A DNA stretch of 63,722 nt, filler included, from Octopus bimaculoides (GCF_001194135.2; 9 parts of 7 records of this genome joined end to end with filler, not necessarily neighbours in it); one strand, 5' to 3'; numbered from the whole stretch's first letter, positions 38,334-52,034 are shown. The notes: generated by a model not told the origin, from the letters alone. Numbers and translations are program-made.

Positions 38334-38549
38334 NNNNNNNNNNNNNNNNNNNNNNNNNNNNNNNNNNNNNNNNNNNNNNNNNNNNNNNNNNNNNNNNNNN
38401 NNNNNNNNNNNNNNNNNNNNNNNNNNNNNNNNNNNNNNNNNNNNNNNNNNNNNNNNNNNNNNNNNNNNNNNNNNNNNNNNNNNNNNNNNNNNNNNNNNNN
38501 NNNNNNNNNNNNNNNNNNNNNNNNNNNNNNNNNNNNNNNNNNNNNNNNN

Positions 38550-38585
<36 letters not shown>

Positions 38586-39039
38586 CAAGAGTTGTATTAA
38601 AAGTACTGCCAAAAGGAGTAAATGTTTTATTAACCAATACAGGTCATTCAAATTGCAAATGTTGGTCGGGTAACTCTTCCTCTACGCTGTTACTAACCAA
38701 CAAATGCTCTGTTTGTGGCAGCATTGATTGATTACGATCAATGCTTGAATCCTCTTTGCGAAAACAGGATGCTGTTGTATTCACTTCTTTGCAGTCACAT
38801 TCACCTCTTGTCACCAAAGACTGTCCTTTGTTAGACAGAGTCGGTGGAAGTTGGAGGGCACCATAGCTCTGGATTGTATGGTGAGTGAGTGACCATTGAC
38901 CAGCGCAACTTACCAATTACCTGATTTGTTGCTAAAGGTATGGGTGTTGTCATGCATCGTCATGGTGAATTTGAATTGGTTACAGAGTCCTGTTTAGTCT
39001 CTTCCTCCAATTGGCTTGTCTAAGCTTTTTTGAGTAAAC

Positions 39040-39290
39040 AAACGGGGATAAAAGCTTATAGGAGATAAAGAAATATTAGGAAGATGGGCTGATTAGATTT
39101 CAGAAGGTAAACAACTACCAGAATCCTATCAACTCTAGGTATGCTGAATGTAGAAGAATCGTCAAATGGTAATGAATGTCTACTTATGTGAGATGAAGTT
39201 TAAGTCACAATAAGGTTCCTGAAAGAGGGACGGGAAAAAAAATCAATAGAAGTTGACAACATCCCTGTTGAGTTGCTGAACCACAGATAA
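39040..39290 (+). pseudogene. RTE-like LINE pre-RT fragment
   Basis: EILGRWAD.. and EV*VTIRFLKEG..SIEVDNIPVELL resemble I..RW.EY and EV..AI..LK.GK..G.D.IP.ELL. Confidence 0.45.
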
Positions 39291-39308
39291 AAGGTCACAA
39301 TCTGTAAC

Positions 39309-39346
<38 letters not shown>

Positions 39347-39843
39347 ACAGATATCAAGTGATTAAATAAATATATTCATTTCTCATACTTCGTGACTTTT
39401 ATGGCCTATATACTCCTCGGGAAATAATTTCATGAATTGGATCTCTTGAATATCAGCTCCATATTAGATTACTATGTGATATGATAGCCGAGTCCAGCAG
39501 AGAAGCTTTCTGTGATTGTTACAAGATTCTATCAATTCATATTGACCCGTCACGATTAGAGAAATTTAACAATAAGTGTTCAATTGTATTGAATGTAGGG
39601 TTTCATAAGAAAATAGAAGTGGTGGCATTCATGACTTTTTTGCAAACATTAGCAGAAGGAATGGAAAGCTTCCTGCCATTAAGTAAAAAAAAAAAAAATT
39701 GCCATTCATTATGGACTCGTTTCACTAGATGATTAATTCCCATCTGACACCAGACTTATTTTGTGGGTGTATATTTTATACATGTGTGTAGATGGGTATT
39801 AAGATGTATTCATGTAGATAATTGTATATAGATACACATGTAG

Positions 39844-39879
<36 letters not shown>

Positions 39880-39991
39880 CCATCTATGTATTTATTTATC
39901 TATCTATTTATCTATTTATCTACCTATATCATAGATATAGGCATACATATATACACACACATATATATATGTATATATACATACATACATA

Positions 39992-40039
<48 letters not shown>

Positions 40040-40551
40040 NNNNNNNNNNNNNNNNNNNNNNNNNNNNNNNNNNNNNNNNNNNNNNNNNNNNNNNNNNNNN
40101 NNNNNNNNNNNNNNNNNNNNNNNNNNNNNNNNNNNNNNNNNNNNNNNNNNNNNNNNNNNNNNNNNNNNNNNNNNNNNNNNNNNNNNNNNNNNNNNNNNNN
40201 NNNNNNNNNNNNNNNNNNNNNNNNNNNNNNNNNNNNNNNNNNNNNNNNNNNNNNNNNNNNNNNNNNNNNNNNNNNNNNNNNNNNNNNNNNNNNNNNNNNN
40301 NNNNNNNNNNNNNNNNNNNNNNNNNNNNNNNNNNNNNNNNNNNNNNNNNNNNNNNNNNNNNNNNNNNNNNNNNNNNNNNNNNNNNNNNNNNNNNNNNNNN
40401 NNNNNNNNNNNNNNNNNNNNNNNNNNNNNNNNNNNNNNNNNNNNNNNNNNNNNNNNNNNNNNNNNNNNNNNNNNNNNNNNNNNNNNNNNNNNNNNNNNNN
40501 NNNNNNNNNNNNNNNNNNNNNNNNNNNNNNNNNNNNNNNNNNNNNNNNNNT

Positions 40552-40583
<32 letters not shown>

Positions 40584-40938
40584 CATATGTATGTGAGAAT
40601 CCATGTACAGAGCACTTAAAACAATTTCCAGTATTTTCTGTGGTAATTGCTAAGTAGAACAATATGGAAATATGTTGGAACCAAAATCATGTTCCATAGT
40701 TTTCTGTTCTTTCTTTTTCTTTATTTAGAGGAGGTTTTAATCTTTTGATAATATTGTACCACAGCGCCAGTATTTTCATTGTGCTGTGCAGCAGACACTA
40801 TTATCAACATCCATCAACCACTACCGACACCACCCCCACCATCGTCTCTGCCACCCACCATCATCCCATCGCAGCAAACTGAATTCTCTCTGCAGTAGGG
40901 GACACAGTTCTTCACCTGTGCTACTAGGTTTGTTAGTC

Positions 40939-40999
<61 letters not shown>

Positions 41000-41039
41000 T
41001 ATAAAAGTTAAAAGTAGGAAATAAAGATTGATATATATA

Positions 41040-41072
<33 letters not shown>

Positions 41073-41212
41073 TATGTNNNNNNNNNNNNNNNNNNNNNNN
41101 NNNNNNNNNNNNNNNNNNNNNTTAATTAATTAANNNNNNNNNNNNNNNNNNNNNNNNNNNNNNNNNNNNNNNNNNNNTATATATATATATACATACATAC
41201 ATATATATATAT

Positions 41213-41243
<31 letters not shown>

Positions 41244-42379
41244 TGCGTATCGCACACCCTGACACATTCATATAGTAACACACACTCGCACATTTATTGT
41301 TTTTAATGTTATTAACTCACAGATGTCTGTGGAACATTGCCAATGTATTTTGCAATTCTTCTCATTGTATATATCTATGAGTTTAATGGTTACAACATAA
41401 AACTGTAAACAGTCAATCGCACTTGATGATGACCAGTGGTCTCGCTGAAAACTCTCTCGTCCTTTCGGTGACATTTTTTCACTGAATATTCATTTATGCT
41501 CCAAATCTTAACGTCAGCCTGGATTGTAAATTTCGACCGTTTTGGGATTGGAATTACCTGAAAGATACACTTTGCATATATGATGCACTTTTTCGAGTCC
41601 TATATGCAACATTGCTTTAAATATTTCAAGCCTTGGTGCAGTTGAAACTTTCCAGAATTTACCTTCGTGTACCTAGGTGCCACTAATACACCCGTGTCCC
41701 CTTGCCGCCATGAAATGTTTTACATCTATGTCGTCGTAGCCCATCAAGAAATAGCATTCGCACGTACGTCTGTTTGTACTTCTTTACTTAAAATTAAAAT
41801 AGACGACAGATTGAATAATCCAGTTTTATAGAAAAATTGCTATGCTTTTATGTGTTTGTCTGATGATAGCTAATTTTCAGGTTAATCTCCATTGTGTCCA
41901 GTTATACAAGAGCGAGAGGTGGGAATAAATCTAGCTCGAAGTGACATGATTTCGTAGCATGTACCTTGAGTACCTTTAGCACAGTCCACTCTCTTGTGAC
42001 TCAGTTTAACGGCCTTACCTACTCCTTGCCTGTAATTATCGGTATTTATTCTGTTGAAATTCTTGTGAGAAGGCATCCGTTTTGAGAATAACTACTTGCA
42101 AACTAAAACTATAAATCACTGAGCGTCTTAGAAAGGCCACGGATGTCCCCTGGCTCTTGTATCCAAGAAATATATTCAACGATTCCACTCTATCGGGAAT
42201 GACAGCTCATCTAGAACCCATTTATATATTTTAGCTAGATCAGAAAGTAGTACTGAGACATTTCTAAGGAGACCAAATCTAGCATTTCTGAGGACCTTGT
42301 TCGGATGCCTACGACAGCGGTGATGGGGATTTCTAAAGGCACTTAGAGTGCCAGGACGTGGTATTGAACCGCATGACGG

Positions 42380-43030
42380 TCTGGCGGATTAACGGATTAA
42401 CCGCAGTGAACTGATGTAATGACTGGCAGAGTATATAACGCTGGATTTGATCCAAAATAGAGCCTCTACGTGGTCGAATGTTTTGCTAGCAATAACTGCT
42501 GATTCTCTCTTATCTTCATATGGCTTTTTTATGTAATTAATTAATTCATTCATATCCAGAGCGTCATGACTCCTGAAGGGGGCACCCCCTCCTTGGATTC
42601 CTTCCACCGCTGTCTGTCTCTGGCCAGTCGTAGCCATATAGGCCCCTGGTAGTGGATGAGATCATCTCGCCATCATGCCTTGTCCATTGTCTTGATAACC
42701 ATTTCGTCACCTTGATTGTCCATCTGATGTCCTTCAGTCGCGCGTCTATATTTGTTCTCCTTGACGGTTCTAACGATGTCATTGACTCTTGCGTTCTGTC
42801 GTTGGTTTTCTTCTCCCGCAATGTTATGCTGAGCGGGATTCGATCCATTTTCCATTAGGCTACAATAAAGGCGTTCATGTTTCACTGCCGTTACCCATCA
42901 CTGGCAGGATATACACGCAGATCATTCTTTAAATTTTCCTGGACGCCTAGGGACTTCTCCGGAGGTATTCCACTTTCCTAAAGGCAGCCCAACCAAGTGC
43001 TATTCTGCTTTTAGTTTCCGATGTAATTGT
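42380..43030 (-). pseudogene. RTE-clade LINE ORF2 C-terminal fragment
   Basis: ETKSRIALGWAAFRK; NARVNDIVRTVKENKYRRA; DIRWTIKVTKW are RTE post-RT motifs. Frameshifted. Confidence 0.7.
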
Positions 43031-43819
43031 AGATAGACCAAAAATGCGGGATAATATTTGTTGGAATATATTTAAACAGATATCTTCTCGATAGGGTCTG
43101 ACATGAGTATGCGTGTGAGTTGAGGGTTGGGAGTAGACATCAGCGACAACAAACATAAGAACGTCTATTTTTAGAATGCAATTCAATGAAATTGTCTGTA
43201 TATGGACGTTATAACTGCTGGGAATAGCAGCCAAATCACATTCAAAGCACACCTTACTGTTTATAAAAGGAGAGGAAGCTTTGGATAAGGTATCCAATTT
43301 GTAGATAAATATAAACAGCAAATGGAGTGGGTGGACAAAACCGTTTGATCTGAGAACTGCGCAATTCGTTGCAGTCTTTAGGGGAAAGCTAAGTAGCAAC
43401 AACAACGAAAACAAAACTACAACCAGCACCGCTACAATCACCAGTCCTACAACCACCACAACCACTATCACCACCACCACTGCCACCACCACCATCACCA
43501 CCACCACCACCGCAACCACAACCACCACAACCATTACCACCACAACTACCACCACCATTATAACCACCACAACCACCACTNNNNNNNNNNNNNNNNNNNN
43601 NNNNNNNNNNNNNNNNNNNNNNNNTTAATTAATTAANNNNNNNNNNNNNNNNNNNNNNNNNNNNNNNNNNNNNNNNNNNNATATATATATACATACATAC
43701 GTGTATATGTATTTCTTTATACATACACACACGCATATACACACACATATACACACAGATACATTGTATGTCTATATAAAAGTGATATATATATATATAT
43801 ATATATTCTTGTATTGTTG

Positions 43820-44030
43820 TATTTGTTTCAGGCATTTCACTGCGGCCACGCTGGAGCACCATCTTAAGGGGGTTTTAGTCGAACAAATCGACCACGCCAC
43901 TTATTCTTTGTAGGCCTTGAACTTAACCTACAAGTCTATTTTGCCGAACGGCTAAGTTACAGGGACATAAACACACCAACATCGGTTGTCAATCTATGGT
44001 GGGTGGGACAAACAGACACAAACACAAAAA
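43820..44030 (-). mobile_element. SINE family A, 3' half
   Basis: tgcggccacgctggagcacc...ttagtcgaacaaatcgacc...ttgccgaacggctaagttac. Confidence 0.8.
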
Positions 44031-45315
44031 TATATACATATATTCTTGGATGGAATTTATAAACTTTCTCTTAAGTCATGATAAAATCATAAGTCATGCG
44101 CTGATGGATGTTCAACGTAACGGATTTAGAATTTTACATATATATGCACATACCTACATATATTACTCAACTATACGCATGAATAGATACAGAAGGTGAT
44201 GTATTGCTTAATTATTGATACATGAAAAAAAAATTGCTCTCGATCCTTTGCATAAGATGTCTACCTTAAGGAATGCTTGTATAAGTAGTAGTACATTTTT
44301 AGTCAATGTCGAGATGTGTATTTGAATAGTGTGGGAGCAATGGAAACGAATATGATAAGCATGTGTCTCTCCGTAGACCGAAAAGTAGAAGGGGGCTGAA
44401 ACTTGAATACGATATCAGTTTACTTAACGCCAAGTACATCTAATCACGCACCAGAGAGTTGGCTGAAAAAAAAACCCTTGTGCTGCATATAAAACAGTAT
44501 AGCCTAATGGGCATTTGAAAATCGATATAATTACACATACATACATAAATATAAATATATATATNNNNNNNNNNNNNNNNNNNNNNNNNNNNNNNNNNNN
44601 NNNNNNNNNNNNNNNNNNNNNNNNNNNNNNNNNNNNNNNNNNNNNNNNNNNNNNNNNNNNNNNNNNNNNNNNNNNNNNNNNNNNNNNNNNNNNNNNNNNN
44701 NNNNNNNNNNNNNNNNNNNNNNNNNNNNNNNNNNNNNNNNNNNNNNNNNNNNNNNNNNNNNNNNNNNNNNNNNNNNNNNNNNNNNNNNNNNNNNNNNNNN
44801 NNNNNNNNNNNNNNNNNNNNNNNNNNNNNNNNNNNNNNNNNNNNNNNNNNNNNNNNNNNNNNNNNNNNNNNNNNNNNNNNNNNNNNNNNNNNNNNNNNNN
44901 NNNNNNNNNNNNNNNNNNNNNNNNNNNNNNNNNNNNNNNNNNNNNNNNNNNNNNNNNNNNNNNNNNNNNNNNNNNNNNNNNNNNNNNNNNNNNNNNNNNN
45001 NNNNNNNNNNNNNNNNNNNNNNNNNNNNNNNNNNNNNNNNNNNNNNNNNNNNNNNNNNNNNNNNNNNNNNNNNNNNNNNNNNNNNNNNNNNNNNNNNNNN
45101 NNNNNNNNNNNNNNNNNNNNNNNNNNNNNNNNNNNNNNNNNNNNNNNNNNNNNNNNNNNNNNNNNNNNNNNNNNNNNNNNNNNNNNNNNNNNNNNNNNNN
45201 NNNNNNNNNNNNNNNNNNNNNNNNNNNNNNNNNNNNNNNNNNNNNNNNNNNNNNNNNNNNNNNNNNNNNNNNNNNNNNNNNNNNNNNNNNNNNNNNNNNN
45301 NNNNNNNNNNNNNNN

Positions 45316-45351
<36 letters not shown>

Positions 45352-45399
45352 CATATACATACACACACACACACACACATATATATATATGTATATATA

Positions 45400-46215
45400 G
45401 GGAGAATCCACAAAAAACAAAAGACGAAGACAGGTGGTGTGGGAAACAAACGGATGTATTAGTATAACGGTCAGGAATTGAAAAAAGTCTTTAACGTTTC
45501 GATCCTACGCTCTTCCACAGAAATAAACAAGGAGAGAAACAAGCAGAGAAAACTAATGTGTGTAGTGGTTATCGATCTATTATGGCGAATGCCGGACAGA
45601 AGGGTCACACAGGAAAGCTAAGAAGAAGGCTTGAGAACAAAGTGGTAGTGATCCCAAAACGTGCGCGTGTGTAAGAGAGAGTGTATGTGCGTGTGAAAGA
45701 GGGTTGGTGATCTTGACGTGTGTGTGTGTGTATGTGTAGGGGATGGGAATTGGTCAGTGCTAGTGTGTGCGTGGTAGTGTGTTGTGATGTGACGTGTTGT
45801 ATGGTATGGTGTAATGTGGTGTGATGGTGTTGGGAGATGGGAAGGCGAGTGTGGGGAAAGCACGGCTAGTGTGTGGGTTACGCTGAGGGTAGGGGTACAG
45901 GTGCAGTATATGGGTAGGAAGAGGGTGGTGGTAGAGGTGAGGTATGTGGGATAGGGTGTAAGGGATGGGGTGATATATATGCATATGTGGGCAATGGACG
46001 TCATGAAACGTGTACAACAAAAAAATACGAAGTACGAGTACATGGAATATGAACTATTTTTTCGAACAACGAAAGATACAAATAGAAAACAAGACACACA
46101 ACATAAAGACCGACCCTTCATCAGTTGGCTGTTTTTCTACCCTCGTATTTCGAGCATTTAACAACAAGTACGCTTTCGTTAAAACAGTTTCTCCCGCAAA
46201 GCAAATTAAATAAAA
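45400..46215 (-). mobile_element. About 815-bp non-coding unit: family D block, AC-rich linker, hammerhead-like motif, ATTCTCCC end
   Basis: Both ends are homologous to other repeats in the window (10105-10215 and 10839-10980). No ORF. Confidence 0.65.
45488..45525 (-). ncRNA. Hammerhead-like motif, second readable copy
   Basis: UAUUU-CUGUGGA-A-GAGC(GUAG)GAUC-GAAA-CGUU^AAAGA, with one mismatch each in stems I and II. Confidence 0.5.
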
Positions 46216-46489
46216 CTCCCCACGATAGGTGAAAATCCGCGAAGTAGAAGCAGTACAGTGCTGTATATTTTTTTTAAAATTAATTTTATAATTTATATAT
46301 ATTCATTTCATTATAAATGCGAAACAACCCCACGGAGGAATCGATGTAAGCTTAAATAATAAACCGCGATAGGTGAACCTCGATGTGGCGAGGTATTACT
46401 CTACATACATACATACATACATACATACATACATACATACATACATACATACATACATACATTAAAGCGTATATGCATGCATGCAGGCA

Positions 46490-46660
46490 AAAATGAAAAC
46501 GCCAACATACGACACTGACCATATTGAGACCGAGGGGGTCAAAAAATTATTAGTGGAACTTAGAAATTACAACAGAAACCCCAAGTTAAAATATAACCGG
46601 CCAGATATTGTTGTGTGGAAACGGCGTGTTTGGTTGAATATTTGGAGTTCAAGTAACCTG
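46490..46660 (+). pseudogene. Restriction-like endonuclease (RLE) fragment of an R2/R4-group non-LTR element
   Basis: With one frameshift: ETEGVK.LWNLEITTETP.LKYNRPDIVVW, matching the LWD..I.T...NRPD(I/L)V signature. Confidence 0.6.
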
Positions 46661-46717
46661 TTATGGCTAATTTTGACTTTAAGGGTTCAATCCTGACATG
46701 TAGCTTGATGAGAAAGA

Positions 46718-46754
<37 letters not shown>

Positions 46755-47196
46755 GGGGTGGAGAGAGATAGGGGGTGGAGAGAGACTGGGAGTGAGATGG
46801 AGAGAGATAGAAGAATTGTTTGTAATACACAAATGCGCATACACACACAAACACATGTATACGCATATATATATTTGTACACACACACATGCACACACGA
46901 ATACATGTGGATTCTTCCATTGGTTTTGACATATGAGTGTTGAACAGCTAATAGCCTTTAGTTTCCGCACAGATGATTTGTTTTCAACTGTAAAGGCTTG
47001 TATAGAATCGGCCACATTTCCGGAAGTGCTGACGGAAAAATATTGGTGCAAATATTTGCCGCAAACTCAACGATCGATATAATTCAGGCTTTTCGGTATT
47101 GGAATTTTCCCCTCCTACCTTAATTGCCTTCGCCACGGATTACAATCTAATTTACCATGGTATGCTAAATGCGCATCTAGGCATACGCACACACAA

Positions 47197-47227
<31 letters not shown>

Positions 47228-47304
47228 TGTATACATGCACACACACACATATGTATGTATACATGCACACACACACACATATGTATGTATACATACACAC
47301 ACAC

Positions 47305-47460
47305 GATGGTCTGCTGAAAAGTTGCTAGCTATAAGGGTATTGTGAAAAGCCTACCTGGAGGCCCAAGCTTCCGAGTTCCTTTACAGGGCTTCGAAGAACT
47401 GAAAGACAGCTGCAATAAGTCAGGGTGTCTGACAGAAATATATTGAATAAAATCATAATT
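47305..47460. mobile_element. Probable mariner-derived non-autonomous fragment
   Basis: Starts g.tctgctgaaaagtt.ctagc and contains a degenerate transposase-end-like gaaatatattgaataaaatcataatt. Recognised by eye. Confidence 0.4.
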
Positions 47461-47799
47461 CATAAAATCATAAGTCATGGTAAAATCATAAGTCATGATA
47501 AAATCATAAGTCATGCGCTGATGGATGTTCAACGTAACGGATTTAGAATTTTTCATCGGTGATTTATGCTGAAGGATGAAGTCCGAAGGCCAGAACCCGA
47601 AACCATGGTACTTGAATATCCGAATGACAATCTTTAATTGCATGATTATAATTGTTTCATTTTTTAACCGTTTGCCCGCCTACCGTCGTCTCTGTCATAT
47701 TCCGGTGATTTCGTTGGTAGATTAGGGAATTTGACACTCATTTCTAAATAGGTTGATATCTTGTGCGCCCTTAAACTTAATTGTAATTCTTAATTTTAC

Positions 47800-47832
<33 letters not shown>

Positions 47833-47867
47833 CACACACACATACACACACACACACNNNNNNNNNN

Positions 47868-47903
<36 letters not shown>

Positions 47904-48756
47904 CATCAGCGATAATAATAATGATAAGTATCATTACGAAGTAGCATAGCATTACCTTTAATTCTTTGGATATATAAACCGCTTTGCATAGACCTTCACA
48001 TGTTTTAGCTGCACCGATTAGTAACCGTTGCAATTACAATAATACCGTTATAATTCCTTATACGTAGGTTTAGTCAAGAGCGTAATCCATCTTGTGAGAG
48101 ATAAACATTATTTATTATAGACCGTATTTAAATTACAGCTATTAACTTTTGCTTAATTGGTTCTTAATATTAGTATTTGATCTCACGATGTAAAACCAGA
48201 AGAAATGAAACTAAGCATTTTGTCCGGCGGGTTAAAGACTCTACCAGATCGCCACAATAATATCTAGCCGGAGCTGTGGATATTACTCGGAGAAGGTAAC
48301 ATCTACAACACTCTTATTATGTATATACTTAAAACTTAAGACATCGTACTGAAAGTATTATTGCATCACAGAGCAACACGTGGAATGCAACAATATTATA
48401 GTAATATTATGGTGGTGAAGTTATTCAGTAGACAGATCAATTTCTCTTCAAACATCATCCTTACCATTAAAGGTTGTCTATCACCGGTATGGGTCAAATG
48501 AAAAGCGACAATTAACATGGTTTATTAAATATGAATACAATAATTCTTCATATATATATATATATATAGATACTGTTTCGTTAGTAGTGCATCATTGACT
48601 TACAGCTGTTTCTGATATGCATTATAGGCAAGTTCATGGTTCTCTTTACTCAATCGGTCGACTGATTGAATGAAAACATTGAATGACCTTCACAAATACT
48701 ATCACCATCGAAGACCGTGCGCGCACCCGCCCACCCTCATATATATAGTATGGTTC

Positions 48757-48940
48757 AGGCGGAGAACGAGCAGTATCCTTACCTCCCCGAACATGCTTAG
48801 CAGCGTCCTCCTGACGTTATGTTCTGCGTTCGATTTTGACATCATCATTGATAAAATAAGTTCCAGTTGAGCTCTGGTGCTGATATAATCGACTAGCACG
48901 CTCCCTGCAAATTTCCGGGCCTTGTGTCTATAGTAGAAAG
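48757..48940 (+). mobile_element. SINE family B, degenerate
   Basis: atgcttagcagc..gttctgcgttcgatt..gataaaataagttccagttgagctctgg. Confidence 0.6.
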
Positions 48941-49509
48941 ATATGTGTGTGTGTATGCGTGTGTGTTTGTGTGTGTGTGTGTGTGTGTGTTTGTTCGTTT
49001 GCTTGTGTGTGTACGTGTGTGTTTATTTGTGTATATGTGTATGTGTATTTGCATATGTGTGTGTTTGTTTGTGTATGTGTATGTGTATGTATGTGTTTGC
49101 TTGTTTGTGTGTGTGTGAATGTATGTGTGTTTGAATTCCCGATCTAAACAAATATATACATTCACTTGAAAAGATTCCTTATATAATTGTAAATATATAT
49201 TACCGATACGCTAAGCTAAATATATAACCCAGACATATATGATGCAGATATACTAAAACTAGAAATTGTGCGTCATAAGCGAGGCTTTCAATATAAAAGT
49301 TTGCTGGAAAAACGTGAGCAAACTAAGGATTCATAAATACAATAAACTTGCATAACAAAATTTTCCTTAAATTTCATTAACTAGGTAACTATATATGTTC
49401 TGCATTGATAGGACTTTACCGTTAACTCATGTCAAAACTTGATCCAAGAAAGAACACTGGCAAACATGCAGAGCGTTACGCATGTGCTAACTGTGTGTCA
49501 AGAAGAGTT

Positions 49510-50530
49510 TTAATAATTATTTAAAATTTTTGCCACAAGGGCAGCTCAGGGGAAGGGATTCAGTCGATTACATCGACTCCAGTGCGTAACTGATACCTAT
49601 TTAATCGACCCCGAAAGGATAAAAGGTAAAGACGACTTCGGCGGAATTTGAACTCAGAATGTAAAGACGTGCGAAATACCTCTAAGCCTTTCGCTCGGTG
49701 TGCTAACGATTCTACCAGCTCACCGCCTTAGAAGAGTTTATAATAATCCTTTCTACTGGAAGTACAAGGCCTCAAATTTGGAGGAAGGGGCTAAGTCGAT
49801 TATATCCCGAAACGATGAAAGGTAAAGTCAACCTCGGTGGAATTTGAACTCAGAACGTGAAGACAGGTCACCGCCTTAGAAAAGTTTATGATAATGATGG
49901 CTTCAAAGTTTAACTGAAAGCAAAAAACTGCGAAGGGCAATGGTAGCCGATACTTTTGTGTCCGTTGCTTGAGTGATCCTGTATTTAATCGATTCTGAAA
50001 GATAAAACGTAAATCTGACCGCGGTGAGATTTGAAATAAGAATTCAAAGAATTTGTGCAAATACCACAAAGTATTTTCTCCTACGCTTTCACAGTTCTTC
50101 CAGCTCACTATCTTGAAAAATCCTTTCCATTATAGGTACAGGGACTGAAATTTTGCAGGCGGGGGCTGGTCGATTCCTTCGACGCCAGTGCTCAACTAAC
50201 TACTACTTATTTAATCTACCTCAGATGCAAAGTCGAAGCAAAGATACCAGAAGTAAAGACAGACGAAATACCGCTAAGCATTTCGCCTGGCTTGCTAATG
50301 TTTCTTATTTCTTTATTGCCCACAAGGGGTTAAACATAGAGGAGACAAACAAGGACAAAGAAACGTATTAAGTCGATTATATTGACCCCAGTGAGTAACT
50401 GGTACTTAAATTATCGACCCCGAAAGGATGAAAGGCAAAGTCGATCTCGACGGAATTTGAACTCAGAACGTAGCGGCAGACGAAATACCGCTAACCCTTT
50501 CGCCCTGTGTACTAACGATTCTGCCACCTC
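49510..50530 (-). mobile_element. Head-to-tail array of about 5 SINE family B units
   Basis: Repeated (minus) gttctgagttcaaattcc..gactttgcctttcatcctttcggg..gataa blocks near 49600, 49820, 49990, 50200 and 50420. Confidence 0.85.
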
Positions 50531-51065
50531 GACAACCACTGTCTTGAATCATTATAAAGGTTTTAGATTTAGGTACGAGGTCAACAGTTTTAACAGCAGG
50601 GATCAGTCTATACTAATAATAGCAGCACTTCACTAACACTGCACGTAAACGGTTCGGGAGCTACGAAACGCAAAACTAATTTTGGCATGATTCAAATCAT
50701 GCCAAATTTAGAGCTCAGATAGGCTTCCGAGCAGATGCTTAGTCGGTTCCAACAATTTTGTCGCTTTGCATATTGTACATAAATTAATCACGATTGATAG
50801 ATAAGTTAGTAGGAAATATAAGAAAAACAATATTTTAACAGCTACTGAACTTCAAACGATAATATACATTTGTGATCTTAAAATGAAATTGTGGAATATA
50901 TTTGTTTCGTTTTTCTTTCACTCACAGACACAGACACACGTACAAATACATCTACAACGCCACTGNNNNNNNNNNNNNNNNNNNNNNNNNNNNNNNNNNN
51001 NNNNNNNNNTTAATTAATTAANNNNNNNNNNNNNNNNNNNNNNNNNNNNNNNNNNNNNNNNNNNN

Positions 51066-51219
<154 letters not shown>

Positions 51220-51662
51220 CCAAGACAAATAAAATAAAGAGGTAAAAGAAAAAAGAGAGGAGATTGGTTAGAGCCAGAGTGGTAGATTGACGAACAAGGA
51301 TTTCTCTTTCATCATCAGCAAATGTTTGAAAGTATTTCCATAATCTTCATCCATCCGCTTGATACTTTTGACATACGATTACAGGTGGCTTAAATCCTCG
51401 TCGTCTTCGTCGCCTCCGCCGCCTCCGCCGCCGCCACCGCCGCTGCCGCTGCCATTATCGTCATCATCATCGTCGTCGTCGTGACAGTTGTCGTTCTGGA
51501 TGTGCTCGTGCTTTGAACAGTACTAATCTAACGCCACTTTCGTACTTTTAGTGAAGTAACGTATTAACCCTCAGTCCTCAGAAACCGGAGCCATATTCAA
51601 TGTGATAGCGTTTACTTAGTCGTTCGGCGTGCTAGAAACAGCAGCAGACAGATTTCAATGAA

Positions 51663-51857
51663 ATAATCCTTTCTACTGATGGCACAAATCCTGAAATTTT
51701 GGAGGAGCATCGACCCCCAGTGTTTCACTGGTACTTGATTTATCGACAGCGAAAGGATCAAAGGCAAAGTCGACCTTTGAACTCAGAACATGTGAACGGA
51801 CGAAATGCTGCTAAGCATTTTGTCCGGCGTGCTAACAGTTTTGCCAGCTTGCCACCT
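51663..51857 (-). mobile_element. SINE family B
   Basis: ggatcaaaggcaaagtcgacc..actcagaac..ctaagcattttgtccggcgtgctaac. Confidence 0.8.
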
Positions 51858-52034
51858 GTTGCAATGAAATAATACTTGCACAATACGGACTACATTATTT
51901 CAATGTGACCTTTATCCTTACTGCTGCTTACCTCCACATCTGCCCTGACTAAGCATATCAAGAGACAAATGCGTTCCTACCATGATTATTCCGACTTTAT
52001 TTCAAGCAATCTATCTTGGCCAGTGTTGTCCAAT

